64,000 nt of DNA from an uncultured Desulfovibrionaceae bacterium. GTDB taxonomy: Bacteria; Desulfobacterota; Desulfovibrionia; Desulfovibrionales; Desulfovibrionaceae. Below, piece after piece: positions 35,795 through 51,466 of the stretch (positions are counted from its first letter, which is position 1; every line of letters begins with the position of its first letter). The stretch covers positions 3,133-67,132 of the forward strand of contig CAMMYV010000001.1 in assembly GCA_946528765.1 (NCBI GenBank), read 5' to 3'. A program made the position numbers and the translations under genes. The notes under the pieces were generated by a model. The model was not told the origin of the DNA, did not search any database, and worked only from the letters and a program-made list of their open reading frames with translations.

Positions 35795-37186
35795 CTATTT
35801 TTCCAGCTGGTGCTTGCCGCACTGCCTGCAGGGGGGAACCGGATACTCCCCGTTGAAGCAGGCCAGACAGTAGCTGTCGTTGTGCATGACCGAGCGCAGG
35901 AGTCCGTCGATGCTCAGATAATGAAGGGAGTCAACATCCAACTTTTTCTGAATTTCTTCAAGGGTGTAGTTGGCCGCAATGAGCTCCTTGGGCGAGGCGA
36001 AGTCGATGCCGTAGAAGCAGGGGTGGCGCACCGGGGGACAGGAGATGCGGATGTGGACTTCCTTGGCGCCGAGTTCGCGCAGCTTTTTCACGCGCGTGAT
36101 CATGGTGGTGCCGCGCACGATGGAGTCGTCGACGATGCAGATGCGCTTGCCGTCGATCATGGCGCGCACGGGGTTGATTTTGACCCGCACGCCGAAGCTG
36201 CGCATGCTCTGGCTCGGCTGGATGAAGGTGCGCCCCACGTAGTGGTTGCGGATCATGGCGTGCTCGTAGGGGAGCTCGGCGCACTGCGCAAAGCCGACGG
36301 CCGGATAGACGCCCGAGTCCGGAAAGGGCATGACGAAGTCCACGTCGGGCGTGGACTCGTGGGCCAGCTGGAAGCCCATGTTCTTGCGGCAGGTGTAGAC
36401 CTGCTCGCCGTAGATGTAGGAGTCTGGACGCGCGAAGTAGATGAGCTCGAAGATGCACTGCCGAGGCCTGGCAGGAATGCCGTCCAGCATCTGGGAGCTT
36501 TCGCCCTCGGAAGAGGCGACGTAGATCTCGCCGGGCTTGAGGGAGCGCTCGTATTCGGCGTCCATGAGGTCGAAGGCGCAGGTCTCCGAGGCAGCCACCA
36601 GCGCGCCGTCGAGATGGCCTATGGAGAGCGGATGGAAGCCGAAGGGATCGCGCACGCAGACCATGGTGTCTTCCATGAGGAAGATGAGGCAGAAGGCGCC
36701 CTTGAGCTGCATGCAGGTGCGACGCACGGCTTCCAGCATGTCGCCTCCCCGGCACAGCTCCGAGGCGAAAAGGTGCATGATCACCTCGGTATCGCTCGTA
36801 CCGCGGAAGATGGCGCCCTTGTCCTCGAGGGCGCGGCGCAGCTCGAAGGTGTTCACCAGGTTGCCGTTGTGGGCAATGGCGATGTCCTTGCCCTTGTAGT
36901 TGACGTGCAGGGGCTGGGCGTTGGCGAGGCTGGGGCGTCCCGTGGTGGAGTAGCGCACGTGGCCCACGGCGATGGTGCCGGGCAGGGCCTGGAGGTGCTT
37001 TTCCTCGAAGACGTCGGGCACCAGTCCCATCCCCTTGTAGGAATGGTAGGCGCCTTCCTCGTCGATGCTGACAATGCCGGCGCTTTCCTGTCCCCGGTGC
37101 TGCTGGGCGTAGAGGCCGAAGTAGGTGAGGCGGGACGCATCGGCGTGCCCGTATATGCCGAAGAGGCCGCATTCGTCGTGTATCAT
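35795..37186 (-). CDS. purF: Amidophosphoribosyltransferase
   Basis: Propeptide MIHDE then CGLFG, QHRGQE, HVRYST, VDDSIVRGTT, CLAC. Confidence 0.96.
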   Translation of the reverse strand: MIHDECGLFGIYGHADASRLTYFGLYAQQHRGQESAGIVSIDEEGAYHSYKGMGLVPDVFEEKHLQALPGTIAVGHVRYSTTGRPSLANAQPLHVNYKGKDIAIAHNGNLVNTFELRRALEDKGAIFRGTSDTEVIMHLFASELCRGGDMLEAVRRTCMQLKGAFCLIFLMEDTMVCVRDPFGFHPLSIGHLDGALVAASETCAFDLMDAEYERSLKPGEIYVASSEGESSQMLDGIPARPRQCIFELIYFARPDSYIYGEQVYTCRKNMGFQLAHESTPDVDFVMPFPDSGVYPAVGFAQCAELPYEHAMIRNHYVGRTFIQPSQSMRSFGVRVKINPVRAMIDGKRICIVDDSIVRGTTMITRVKKLRELGAKEVHIRISCPPVRHPCFYGIDFASPKELIAANYTLEEIQKKLDVDSLHYLSIDGLLRSVMHNDSYCLACFNGEYPVPPCRQCGKHQLEK

Positions 37187-37246
37187 TCGTGTTCTCCCCG
37201 CGGCGCCCTCCCCGAAGGAGGCCGCCGCGCCAGGAAGGTAGTGTCG

Positions 37247-39775
37247 CTAGGATTGCTCTGAAGAGCCTGAGTCCTCAGGGCCGCCTGAGCTCTCGGGAGC
37301 CTCGGAGCCCCCGGGTTCGCCGGGGACGGTTCCGCCGTTGTCCACGCGGTCGCAGGCAACGACAGCTGCGCCGTCGTCGAGGTTGACCACCTTGACGCCC
37401 ATGGAGATGCGGCCGCGGCTCATCACCTCGGCGACGCTGATGCGGATGATCTTGTTGTTGGAGGTCAGCATGACGAGGCCGTCGCCTTCCGTCACGGGCA
37501 TGCCGCCGATGACGTTGCCCGTCTTGTTGGTGACCTTGAAGTTGATGATGCCCATGCCGCCGCGCGACTGCTGGCGGTAGAGGTTCGCCTCGGTGCGCTT
37601 GCCGAAGCCGTTGGCGGAGACGGACATGATGGTCGTGCTCTGGTCCGTGTTCTTGAGCACCACGCCGGCGACCACGAAGTCGCCGGAGCGCAGGGAGATG
37701 CCCTTGACGCCGGTGGCGGCGCGCCCCATGTCGCGGACTTCGGATATGGCAAAGCGTATGGCGTAGCCCTGGCTCGTGATGAGCACGGCGTGGTCGTCCT
37801 CGCGTATGGGCCGCACCAGCACCAGCTCGTCGCCCTCGCGCAGGCCAACGGCCAGGAGGCCGTTCTTGTTGGCGCGCTGGTAGAGCACGGCCTTGGAGCG
37901 CTTGACCATGCCGTGCCGGGTGACGAAGAAGAAGCTCTTCTCCTCGGAGAACTCGCGCAGAGCGAGAATGTTGGTGACAGTCTCGCCCTCGTTGAGGGGC
38001 AGGAGGTTGTTGAGGTGCACGCCCTTGGCCTGGCGGCTGCCCTCGGGAATCTGGTGCACCTTGAGCTGGTACATGCGGCCGAGGTTGGTGAACAGGCACA
38101 GGAACTGGTGGTTGGTGGTCGTCAGGAAGTCGAGCACGTAGTCGTTTTCCTGGGTGCACAGGGCCGCTATCCCCTTCCCGCCGCGGTGCTGCTGCTGGTA
38201 GTTCTCGAGGCTCGTGCGCTTCATGTAGCCGCGCTTGGAGAGCGTGATGACCACGTCGTCGTCGGGGATGAGGTCCTCGACGTCGATGCCCTTGAGTTCG
38301 TCGGCCACGATCTCGCTCTGGCGCGGCGTGGCGTAGGTGTTCTTGATGCCGGCGATTTCGTCGCGGATGACGCCCTTGAGGACCTCGGCGTCCGCCAGAA
38401 TGGACTTGAAGTAGGCGATGTTCTTCAGAAGCTCCGCGTACTCGGCCTCGATCTCGTCGCGCTGCAGGCCGGTGAGGCGCTGCGGGCGCATGTCGAGTAT
38501 GGCCTTGGCCTGGATCTCGTCGAGCTCGAAGCGCGCCATGAGGCGGGCCTTGGCCTCGTCGGGATTGGCGGAGCTCCGGATGATGCGCACGACTTCGTCG
38601 ATGTTGTCGATGGCAATGCGCAGGCCCTCGAGGATGTGCGCCCTGGCCTCGGACTTGGCCAGATCGTAGCGCGTCCGGCGGATGACCACCTCGCGCCTGT
38701 GGTCGAGGAAGCAGGAGAGCGCCGTCTTCAGCGTCAGGGTGACGGGCCTGTTGTCCAGCACGGCCAGCATGTTGATGCCGAAGGCCGTCTCCATGGGCGT
38801 GAACTTGTAGAGCTGGTTGATGATGATGTCCGGGAGTATGCCGCGCTTGAGGTCCATGACCACGCGTATGCCGTTGCGGTCGGACTCGTCGCGCAGATCG
38901 ACGATGCCCTCGATCTTGCGGTCGTTGACAAGGGCCGCGATGCGCTCCACCAGCGTGGACTTGTTCACGCCGTAGGGAATTTCCTTGATGACGATGGACT
39001 CGAAGCCCTTCTTGCGCTCCTCGACCACCATGCGTCCGCGGATCTTCACCGTGCCTCTGCCGGTGCTGTAGGCGTCGTAGAGCCCCTGGCCCGCGAAGAC
39101 GAAGCCCTTGGTGGGGAAGTCTGGCCCCTTGACGTGCTGCATGAGGCCGGCAACCGTGATCTGCGGATCGTCCAGCAGGGCCTGGAGTGCATCGCAGAGT
39201 TCGCCCAGATTGTGGGTGGGGATGTTGGTTGCCATGCCCACCGCGATGCCGGACGAGCCGTTGAGCAGAAGGTTGGGCACCTTGGCGGGCAGGATGGAGG
39301 GCTCTTCCAGAGAGCCGTCGTAGTTGGGGCGGAAGTCGACCGTGTCCTTGTCGATGTCGTCAAGGAACTCGCCGGCAAGCCGTGCCATGCGCACTTCCGT
39401 GTAGCGCATGGCAGCCGGGGCGTCGCCGTCGATGGAGCCGAAGTTGCCCTGGCCGTCGACGAGGGGGTCGCGCATGCTGAAGTCCTGGGCCATGCGCACC
39501 AGGGCGTCGTAGACGGCAGAGTCGCCGTGGGGATGGTATTTGCCTATGACGTCGCCGACCACGCGGGCGGACTTCTTGTGGGCCCTGTTGTAGGTGTTGC
39601 CCAGTTCCGACATGGCGTAGAGGATGCGGCGGTGCACCGGCTTCAGGCCGTCGCGGGCATCCGGAATGGCGCGTCCAATGATGACGGAAAGGGAGTACTC
39701 CAGGTAGGACTGGCGCAGCTCCTGCGCGATGCCGACCTGGTCCTTCGGCATTTCCATTTTTGCTTCTGTATCCAC
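37247..39775 (-). CDS. gyrA: DNA gyrase subunit A
   Basis: [23 protein letters not shown], GyrA-box QQHRGGKG. Confidence 0.97.
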   Translation of the reverse strand: MDTEAKMEMPKDQVGIAQELRQSYLEYSLSVIIGRAIPDARDGLKPVHRRILYAMSELGNTYNRAHKKSARVVGDVIGKYHPHGDSAVYDALVRMAQDFSMRDPLVDGQGNFGSIDGDAPAAMRYTEVRMARLAGEFLDDIDKDTVDFRPNYDGSLEEPSILPAKVPNLLLNGSSGIAVGMATNIPTHNLGELCDALQALLDDPQITVAGLMQHVKGPDFPTKGFVFAGQGLYDAYSTGRGTVKIRGRMVVEERKKGFESIVIKEIPYGVNKSTLVERIAALVNDRKIEGIVDLRDESDRNGIRVVMDLKRGILPDIIINQLYKFTPMETAFGINMLAVLDNRPVTLTLKTALSCFLDHRREVVIRRTRYDLAKSEARAHILEGLRIAIDNIDEVVRIIRSSANPDEAKARLMARFELDEIQAKAILDMRPQRLTGLQRDEIEAEYAELLKNIAYFKSILADAEVLKGVIRDEIAGIKNTYATPRQSEIVADELKGIDVEDLIPDDDVVITLSKRGYMKRTSLENYQQQHRGGKGIAALCTQENDYVLDFLTTTNHQFLCLFTNLGRMYQLKVHQIPEGSRQAKGVHLNNLLPLNEGETVTNILALREFSEEKSFFFVTRHGMVKRSKAVLYQRANKNGLLAVGLREGDELVLVRPIREDDHAVLITSQGYAIRFAISEVRDMGRAATGVKGISLRSGDFVVAGVVLKNTDQSTTIMSVSANGFGKRTEANLYRQQSRGGMGIINFKVTNKTGNVIGGMPVTEGDGLVMLTSNNKIIRISVAEVMSRGRISMGVKVVNLDDGAAVVACDRVDNGGTVPGEPGGSEAPESSGGPEDSGSSEQS

Positions 39776-39790
39776 TGTTTCCTCGCCTCG

Positions 39791-43356
<3,566 letters not shown>

Positions 43357-43958
43357 GTCGGGTCTCGCTCTTTCTGTCTTCCTAAACGGTGGTAGATAGC
43401 TGGGGGGCTGCGTTTTGTTCCTAACTCGGATAACTGCTTGCTTTGCAACAAGATTTGCTGTTCTTAACCTGGAACGTTCCAGGAACATCGGAACAAGGTC
43501 GCGGGGCTTTCCTCGAGAGGCCCCCGAGTTGGGAACGTCTGGCGGCATCTTGTGACAGGCCTGTGGTACCGTCTGGCTGTCGCTATTGTTCGTAACTCGT
43601 GTTGAATGCGGAATTTATTGAAAAAATTTTGTTCCTTCATTGCCAATTGGCTGTTCCTTCCTGTTCCCTGTGCTGCCCTGGCAGGCATGTGCGCCTGTTT
43701 TCGGGCTGTTAAAACCGATTGACCAGCGGAGCGCGGGAGCAGTCCCGCCGCTGGTCAATGCCGGGCGCAAGCCGGGGGCGGACCAGAGATCCGGCACTGG
43801 CACCCTGCTTGTATGCGGAAGATCTATAGTATCACTTTTTCGTCGTGATAACAAGTCGCAACCAGCTGTTTTTATTGACAGAACTAAACAAACGACTGCC
43901 CGTGAAAGGGGGTTTCTCCCCTAGACAAGCGCTTGCAGGGAGAATATCCTAATACGTT
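43357..43958. other. Putative replication origin (oriC) region without adjacent dnaA
   Basis: Non-coding divergent spacer upstream of dnaN, AT-rich patches, repeated TGTTCC motif, parS 16 kb away. Confidence 0.6.
43415..43670. repeat. Iteron-like TGTTCC(TAACTCG) repeat array
   Basis: TTGTTCCTAACTCG 43415, CTGTTCTTAACCTG 43458, inverted CGAGTTGGGAACGT 43525, TTGTTCGTAACTCG 43586; short copies at 43482, 43490, 43629, 43651, 43661. Confidence 0.8.
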
Positions 43959-45398
43959 ATGTTAAAAGCACTTCCTTCCTGTCCCGCTGTCCTTGCCCTG
44001 GGCATGGCCCTCGTCCTCGCGGCGCCCTCCGGCTCCTTGGCCCGCAGGGCCCAGCGGCCGGGCACGCCCCCGGTGCTGGAGGAGGCGTGGCCCGGCGCGC
44101 TGGAGCCCGTGGAGCTTGGCATGCCCGAGTCCGTCGGCCATGCCGGCGTCTTCCGCGATCCCGATGCCGATGCGCCCCTTCCCGGCTACGATCCCTCGCA
44201 TGCCGATCCCGTGGAGCTCAGTCCCATGGACAACGAGTATCTGCGCCTCGGCAACGACGAGGCTGACGATACGGTGACGGGCCAGGGCGAACAGGGGCGC
44301 ATCGTCCGCAAGGGCATGCTGCGCGAGGGCGAGGACGCCGAGACCATGTTCATGCACGCCGACAAGGCGAGCGCCAGGCGCTTCCTCAAGGCCGCACGCA
44401 GGCTCAATCCCGGCGGCTACGCGCCCGGACGCTTCTACAGCGTCGTGTGCACCGGCAGCGGCAGAGTGCTGCGCTTCGAATACGAGCGCGACGAGAAGAA
44501 GCGCCTGGTGGTGGAGGGCAGCGAGCCTGAGGCCAGGCTCGAGGACATCGCCTACGAGGTGCGCCTGACGGGCGTCGTCTGCATCGTGCGCGACGACATC
44601 TTCCAGGCTGTGCAGGACGTCAAGGAGTACCCCAAGCTCGCCACCATGCTTTCGGACGTCTTCGGCACCGAGATCAACTTCCTCAAGGACGTCCGCGAGG
44701 GCGACTCCTTCGCCATCGTGGTCGAAAAGCGCTACCAGAACGGCAACTTCTACGGCTACGGCCGCATCATCAGCGCCAAGTTCACCTCCAGCGCCAAGGG
44801 GGAGACCTACGAAACCTTCCTCTTCCCCGACTCCCAGGGCGGGTCGCAGTACTACAACTACAAGGGTGAAAACACCCGCCGCGCCTACCTCTGCGCTCCG
44901 CTCGCCGTGACGCGCATCACCTCCAAGTTCACCATGTCCCGCAAGCATCCCATTCTCGGCTACAGCAGGCCCCATCAGGGCGTGGACTACGCCGCGCCCG
45001 TGGGAACGCCCGTGAAGGCCGTCAGCAGCGGCGTCGTCACGGCCAGGGGCTGGGGCGGCCAGGCGGGCAACCGCATCATTCTCAAGCATCCGGACGGCAT
45101 GGAGTCCCTCTACTCGCACCTTTCCGGCTTTGCCAGGGGCCTGAAGAACGGCACGCACGTGGAGCAGGGACAGGTCATAGGCTACGTGGGCTCCACCGGC
45201 CTCTCCACCGGACCGCATCTGGACTTCCGCCTGCGCAGGGGCGACAAGTACTTCGATCCCGCCAAGGCGCTCAACCCGCGCAACGACCCCGTCCGCGTTG
45301 CGGACAAGAAGAACTTTGACCGGGTGCGGGATCTCGAAATGGAGTACGTCTCGGGCAGAAAGCCCCTGGCGGAATACGATCCCTCCCTCCTGCGCTAG
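43959..45398 (+). CDS. M23 family peptidoglycan DD-endopeptidase
   Basis: Signal peptide; HPILG..HQGVDYAAP.GTPV, YSHLS, GSTGLSTGPHLDF. Confidence 0.92.
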   Translation: MLKALPSCPAVLALGMALVLAAPSGSLARRAQRPGTPPVLEEAWPGALEPVELGMPESVGHAGVFRDPDADAPLPGYDPSHADPVELSPMDNEYLRLGNDEADDTVTGQGEQGRIVRKGMLREGEDAETMFMHADKASARRFLKAARRLNPGGYAPGRFYSVVCTGSGRVLRFEYERDEKKRLVVEGSEPEARLEDIAYEVRLTGVVCIVRDDIFQAVQDVKEYPKLATMLSDVFGTEINFLKDVREGDSFAIVVEKRYQNGNFYGYGRIISAKFTSSAKGETYETFLFPDSQGGSQYYNYKGENTRRAYLCAPLAVTRITSKFTMSRKHPILGYSRPHQGVDYAAPVGTPVKAVSSGVVTARGWGGQAGNRIILKHPDGMESLYSHLSGFARGLKNGTHVEQGQVIGYVGSTGLSTGPHLDFRLRRGDKYFDPAKALNPRNDPVRVADKKNFDRVRDLEMEYVSGRKPLAEYDPSLLR

Positions 45399-45461
45399 CC
45401 TTGGCGCTGGCGCGCCTCCCCTCCGGCTCCCATCGCTTTTCATTCTATACACGGGGAAATC

Positions 45462-47375
45462 ATGCTCGACCAAATCCGTTCCAACTCCCAGTCCTTCGGC
45501 GTCAAGCTGGCCTTCGGCATCATCATCCTGGTCTTCGTGTTCTGGGGCATAGGCAGCCTCACCGACACGGGCTCCATCAACGTCGTGGCCATGGTGAACA
45601 ACCAGCCCATCACCTTCCAGCAGTTCGAGACGGCCTACCGGCAGGCCGAGGAGCAGGAGAACAGCCAGAATCCCGGCCGGCGCTGGAGCGCCGAGGAGAA
45701 GCGGGAACTCGGCAGGAACGTGTTCAGAAGCCTCCTCTTCAAGGAACTGGTGATTCAGGAGGCCCAGAAGAACAATTTCTCCGTTTCCCCGCTGGAGCTG
45801 CGCGACTACGTGGAGACCGTGCCCGCCTTCCGCAACGACGCCGGCAAGTTCGATCCCCAGATCTACAAGGACGTTCTCGCAAGGCAGCGCATGACGCCGG
45901 CCCAGTTTGAAGACAGCCTGCGACGCGACCTGCTCAGCCAGAAGATGATGGCCTTTGCCATGGGCGGCGTCTGGGCCGATCCCATGGAGGCCCGCAGCCG
46001 CTTCAACTTCCTCTACCAGAACAGAACCGTCGAGTACGTGTTTCTGTCCGCCGAGGAGAGCGCAGCCTCCTACAAGCCCGGGCCTGAGGACATGCAGAAG
46101 TTCTACGATGCCCACAAGGCCGACTACGCCATTCCGCAGAAGGTTTCCGTCCAGTACATCGCCGTCAATCCCCTGAAGCTCGTGAAGCCCGAGTCCATTG
46201 CCGACGAGGAGCTGCGCCGCGACTACGAGGCGCACAAGGCCCGCTTCGAGGAGCCGAAGAAGGTGCTCGCCTCCCATATTCTGGTGCAGCTTGCCCAGGA
46301 CGCCTCGCCCGAGGAGGTGAAGGAGGCCGAAGCCAAGATAGCCAAGATCCGCGCCGAACTTGATGCCGGCAAGCCTTTTGCCCAGGTCGCCGATGCCTAC
46401 AATGCGCCCCAGGCGGCCGGCAAGGGCGGCGCCCTCGGCTGGGTTGAGCCCGGCATGACCGTGCCCCCCTTCGAGAAGGCCGCCTTCGAGGCCGAAAAGG
46501 GCAAGGTTGCCGGTCCCGTGCGCACGCAGTTCGGCCTCCACCTCATCCTCGTGGAAGACGTCAAGGAGGCGAGAGTGAAGCCCTTCGAGGAAGTGAAGGG
46601 CGAAATCGCCTCCCAGCTTGCCACCGCTGCCGGCAAGTCCAAGGTCAGCGACGTGCTCGACTCCCTGCTCGAGGAGAACATTCTTGGCAAGGATCTGGGC
46701 GCGGCCGCGAAGAAGTTCGGCCTCGAGGCCGAGACCTCGGCCCTCCTCTCCCGCGATGAGCTGGCTGAAAAGCTTGGCATCAAGGCTGACGGCGTGGAGA
46801 GCGTCTTCAAGACCGCCAAGGGAAGCTCCATCGACATTCCGCTCGAGGCGGGCAACGCCTACCTCGTCCTGCGCGTGGCCGATGCCTCGCCCGCGTCCTT
46901 CAAGCCCTTCGAGGAAGTGAAGGACGACGTTGCCAGGCGCCTGCGCGAGGAGCAGGGCGCCCAGGCGGCCGGCAAGACCCTCATGCAGGCCCTCAAGGAC
47001 GTCAAGAACGGAGAGCTGCCTGCCGAATTCAAGGCCAAGCTCAAGACCTCGGCCCCCATGGAGCGCAGCGGCGCCCTGGACGGCTTCGAGCCCGACAAGG
47101 AGCTCTCCAAGGCCGTCTTCGCGGCTGAGAAGGGCGTCTGGATTCCCCAGATCTTCAATGTTTCCGGCAAGGCCGGCAAGGGCGTCGCGGCATGCAGGGT
47201 GGTCGGCGTGGCCGACCCCGCAGACGAGCGCTGGCAGGGGCTCGACCGCATCATGAACAACATGCTCATGCGCGAGCGCAGCGACGGCTTCTACGGCCTC
47301 TTCATCCAGGAGCTTCTCCAGCGCGGCAAGGTGAAGGTCCTCAACCAGAACACCATCGACCGCGTCAACATGTAG
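45462..47375 (+). CDS. ppiD: PpiD/SurA-type peptidyl-prolyl isomerase
   Basis: N-terminal anchor IIILVFVFWG, ASHIL, GGALGW, VRTQFGLHLI parvulin motifs. Confidence 0.88.
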   Translation: MLDQIRSNSQSFGVKLAFGIIILVFVFWGIGSLTDTGSINVVAMVNNQPITFQQFETAYRQAEEQENSQNPGRRWSAEEKRELGRNVFRSLLFKELVIQEAQKNNFSVSPLELRDYVETVPAFRNDAGKFDPQIYKDVLARQRMTPAQFEDSLRRDLLSQKMMAFAMGGVWADPMEARSRFNFLYQNRTVEYVFLSAEESAASYKPGPEDMQKFYDAHKADYAIPQKVSVQYIAVNPLKLVKPESIADEELRRDYEAHKARFEEPKKVLASHILVQLAQDASPEEVKEAEAKIAKIRAELDAGKPFAQVADAYNAPQAAGKGGALGWVEPGMTVPPFEKAAFEAEKGKVAGPVRTQFGLHLILVEDVKEARVKPFEEVKGEIASQLATAAGKSKVSDVLDSLLEENILGKDLGAAAKKFGLEAETSALLSRDELAEKLGIKADGVESVFKTAKGSSIDIPLEAGNAYLVLRVADASPASFKPFEEVKDDVARRLREEQGAQAAGKTLMQALKDVKNGELPAEFKAKLKTSAPMERSGALDGFEPDKELSKAVFAAEKGVWIPQIFNVSGKAGKGVAACRVVGVADPADERWQGLDRIMNNMLMRERSDGFYGLFIQELLQRGKVKVLNQNTIDRVNM

Positions 47376-47397
47376 GACCGCAGGGAGTAGAAACGCC

Positions 47398-49224
<1,827 letters not shown>

Positions 49225-49237
49225 CCCGACAGGACAG

Positions 49238-49273
49238 GCGCCGCTCCTTCCGGCAACAGGGAAGGGGCGGCGC
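49238..49273. terminator. GC-rich hairpin between convergent glmS and cls
   Basis: GCGCCGCTCCTTCC..GGAAGGGGCGGCGC; no clear U tract. Confidence 0.55.
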
Positions 49274-49306
49274 TCTCAGTTTCAGCCTGAACCGCGCGAC
49301 GGCCTG

Positions 49307-50731
49307 CTACAGATAGGGCGAGAAAAGCCAGCAGGCGGCGTTGCGCAGCTTTTGCAGGGTGCCGAGGGACTGGAGCTTTTCCAGAGTTATCTCCTCGGCG
49401 TCCTCGGTCTTTTCGTCGATGTGGGCCTCGATGCCGCGGGCGAAGGCGGGACTGAAGACTTCCGTGTTCAGCTCGAAGTTGAGGCGCAGGCTTCGTGAGT
49501 CGATGTTGGCAGAGCCTATCTGGCAGTAGTAGCCGTCGATGGCCAGCAGCTTGGTGTGGGCGAAGGGCGGCTTCTGGTAGAAGATGCGCACGCCTGCCTG
49601 GAGCAGGGTCTCCATGAGGCGCTGGCTCGCCCAGTGGACAAGGGGCATGTTGTTCTTTGCCGGGAGCACCACCCTGACGTCGATTTCCTTTTGTGCGGCG
49701 GATCGCAGGGCTGCCATGATCTCGCGCGTGGGCAGGAAGTAGGGCGTCATGATGCGCACGGACTTCTCGGCGCAGGAGATGGTGCCGGCAATGAGGTCGT
49801 TGAGGGGATCCGAGCCGCCGCCCGGACCGTCCAGCACGATGCGGCACCAGCACGAGCCGCCGGCGTCGTGGCAGATGAAGGGCAGAGCCTTGTCGTAGGT
49901 GCCCGTGACGAAGCCCCAGTCCATGAGGAAGGCCCGGATCAGCTCGCCGGCCACGGGCCCCTGGCAGAGGAAGTGCATGTCCTGGACGAAAGACTTGGGA
50001 TCCTCCTCCCGCATGACGTGGTAGTCGGCGATGTTCATGCCGCCGGTGAAGCCCGTGTCGTCGCAGACGAGCACCTTGCGGTGGTTGCGCAGGTTGATGG
50101 AGAGCCTGGGCGGAACGAGCTGGGGCGGCAGGAAGAAGGCCACCTTGACGCCGGCCTCCTGCAGCTTCCGGGCAGGCGTGGCAAGGGAGTAGGCGCGTCC
50201 CACGCCGTCGATGAGCACGCGCACGTCGCAGCCACGGGCGTGGGCTTCCTTCAGGGCCTCCACGAAGCGGTCGGCAATGGCTCCTGAGGTGAAGATGTAG
50301 GTTGAGAGAAAGACGTGGCGCTGGGCCTGGCGTATGGCGGAAAGCATGGCCGGATAGGCGGCGTTGCCGTTGACGAGGGGCGTTATGGCATTGCCTCCGG
50401 CAACGGGCTGGCCTGTAAGGTGGAGGCCTGGCTTGGCCATGCGCAGGATGCTGGCTGGAAGGTTCTCAAGCTCCGCAAGCCTTGGCGCAGGGTGCGCGTA
50501 GCCAGGCTCCCTGGAGGCAATGGCGCGCATGAGCATGGAGGCCCTGCTCTGGGTTCTGCCTATGCCGAAGACGACATAGAGCAGCACGCCGACCACCGGC
50601 ACCATGAGGCAGATGGCGGACCAGCCGAAGGCGGAGCGCGGATCGCGCTTGGTCATGAGCGCATGGAAAACGGCGCCCCATGCCAGCAGATGAAAGCACA
50701 GGACGCCGATCTGAACGGCTATAATGAGCAA
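49307..50731 (-). CDS. cls: Cardiolipin synthase (PLD family)
   Basis: Two N-terminal TM helices; HRKVLVCD and HTKLLAID HKD motifs; TTG start inferred. Confidence 0.9.
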   Translation of the reverse strand: MLIIAVQIGVLCFHLLAWGAVFHALMTKRDPRSAFGWSAICLMVPVVGVLLYVVFGIGRTQSRASMLMRAIASREPGYAHPAPRLAELENLPASILRMAKPGLHLTGQPVAGGNAITPLVNGNAAYPAMLSAIRQAQRHVFLSTYIFTSGAIADRFVEALKEAHARGCDVRVLIDGVGRAYSLATPARKLQEAGVKVAFFLPPQLVPPRLSINLRNHRKVLVCDDTGFTGGMNIADYHVMREEDPKSFVQDMHFLCQGPVAGELIRAFLMDWGFVTGTYDKALPFICHDAGGSCWCRIVLDGPGGGSDPLNDLIAGTISCAEKSVRIMTPYFLPTREIMAALRSAAQKEIDVRVVLPAKNNMPLVHWASQRLMETLLQAGVRIFYQKPPFAHTKLLAIDGYYCQIGSANIDSRSLRLNFELNTEVFSPAFARGIEAHIDEKTEDAEEITLEKLQSLGTLQKLRNAACWLFSPYL

Positions 50732-50738
50732 GGCTTGC

Positions 50739-51167
50739 CTACTTGCGAACGGAGAGCAGGTCGATGTCGGTGTTCTTGAGGACGCGCTGGGTGATGGAGC
50801 CGAAGACCAGTTCGGAGATGTTCTGCACGCCGTCGGTGAACATGACGATGAGGTCCGCATTCTCTTCGTGGGCGGTCTTGACAATGGTGTCGGCGATGAC
50901 GCCGTTGCGCACGAGCAGGCTGTACTTGATGTTCTTGGACTCGAGGAAGTCCTTGACCGGCTGCAGGCGGCTCTTGCCGTGCGCCTCGTCCTCTTCCTTC
51001 TGCTTCTTGCGGTCTTCGCCGGCTACCAGCTGGGAGCCGGGGGCTTCGACGTGGAGCAGGAGGATTTCGCCGCCTTCGGCCAGCAGGGGCACGGCTTGGG
51101 TTGAGGAGCGGATGGCTCTCCAGGCGCCTTCGCGGCCTTCGACGGGAATGAGAATCTTGTTGTACAT
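50739..51167 (-). CDS. Universal stress protein
   Basis: MYNKILIPV, LLHV, ADLIVM, GSITQRVL. Confidence 0.9.
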   Translation of the reverse strand: MYNKILIPVEGREGAWRAIRSSTQAVPLLAEGGEILLLHVEAPGSQLVAGEDRKKQKEEDEAHGKSRLQPVKDFLESKNIKYSLLVRNGVIADTIVKTAHEENADLIVMFTDGVQNISELVFGSITQRVLKNTDIDLLSVRK

Positions 51168-51176
51168 GGTGTCTCC

Positions 51177-51466
51177 TTAGCGGTTGATCCGCAGTTCCTG
51201 GATGATTCGCTCCACAGCGTCGCAGAGCACGGGGAGCAGATCCTTGACGGCTGCGAAGTCCCTGGAACCGGCCGCCTGGCTGACCAGGAAGGCTATTTTT
51301 GACAGCGCCCGCAGCTGCCAGGCCTTGGCGACGCCGGAGATGGCCATGGAGGCTGCTTCGACGGCTGCGAGGTTGCCTGCGGCAAATCCCTGCCTTGCCT
51401 TGAGGACGGCCTGGCTGAGTTCCTGAGCCAGAAGGGGGGCGTTTTCGCCGTCATCCCTCGTTAAAG
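51177..51466 (-). other. Out-of-frame HPt-like C-terminal segment of the upstream sensor protein
   Basis: -1 frame after A9: TLTRDDGENAPLLAQELSQAVLKARQGFAAGNLAAVEAASMAISGVAKAWQLRALSKIAFLVSQAAGSRDFAAVKDLLPVLCDAVERIIQELRINR*; no start codon at its 5' end. Confidence 0.7.

Noticed and set aside
38483-38485. GyrA MRPQRL instead of the usual MRLQRL (likewise TrpS TYP instead of TDP near 13514)
   Set aside because: Single-base differences that cannot be told from sequencing error or private polymorphism; GyrA QRDR (GDSAVYD) is wild type
43415-43670. Repeat array as a CRISPR
   Set aside because: Repeats are at most 14 bp, mixed in orientation and irregularly spaced; no cas genes
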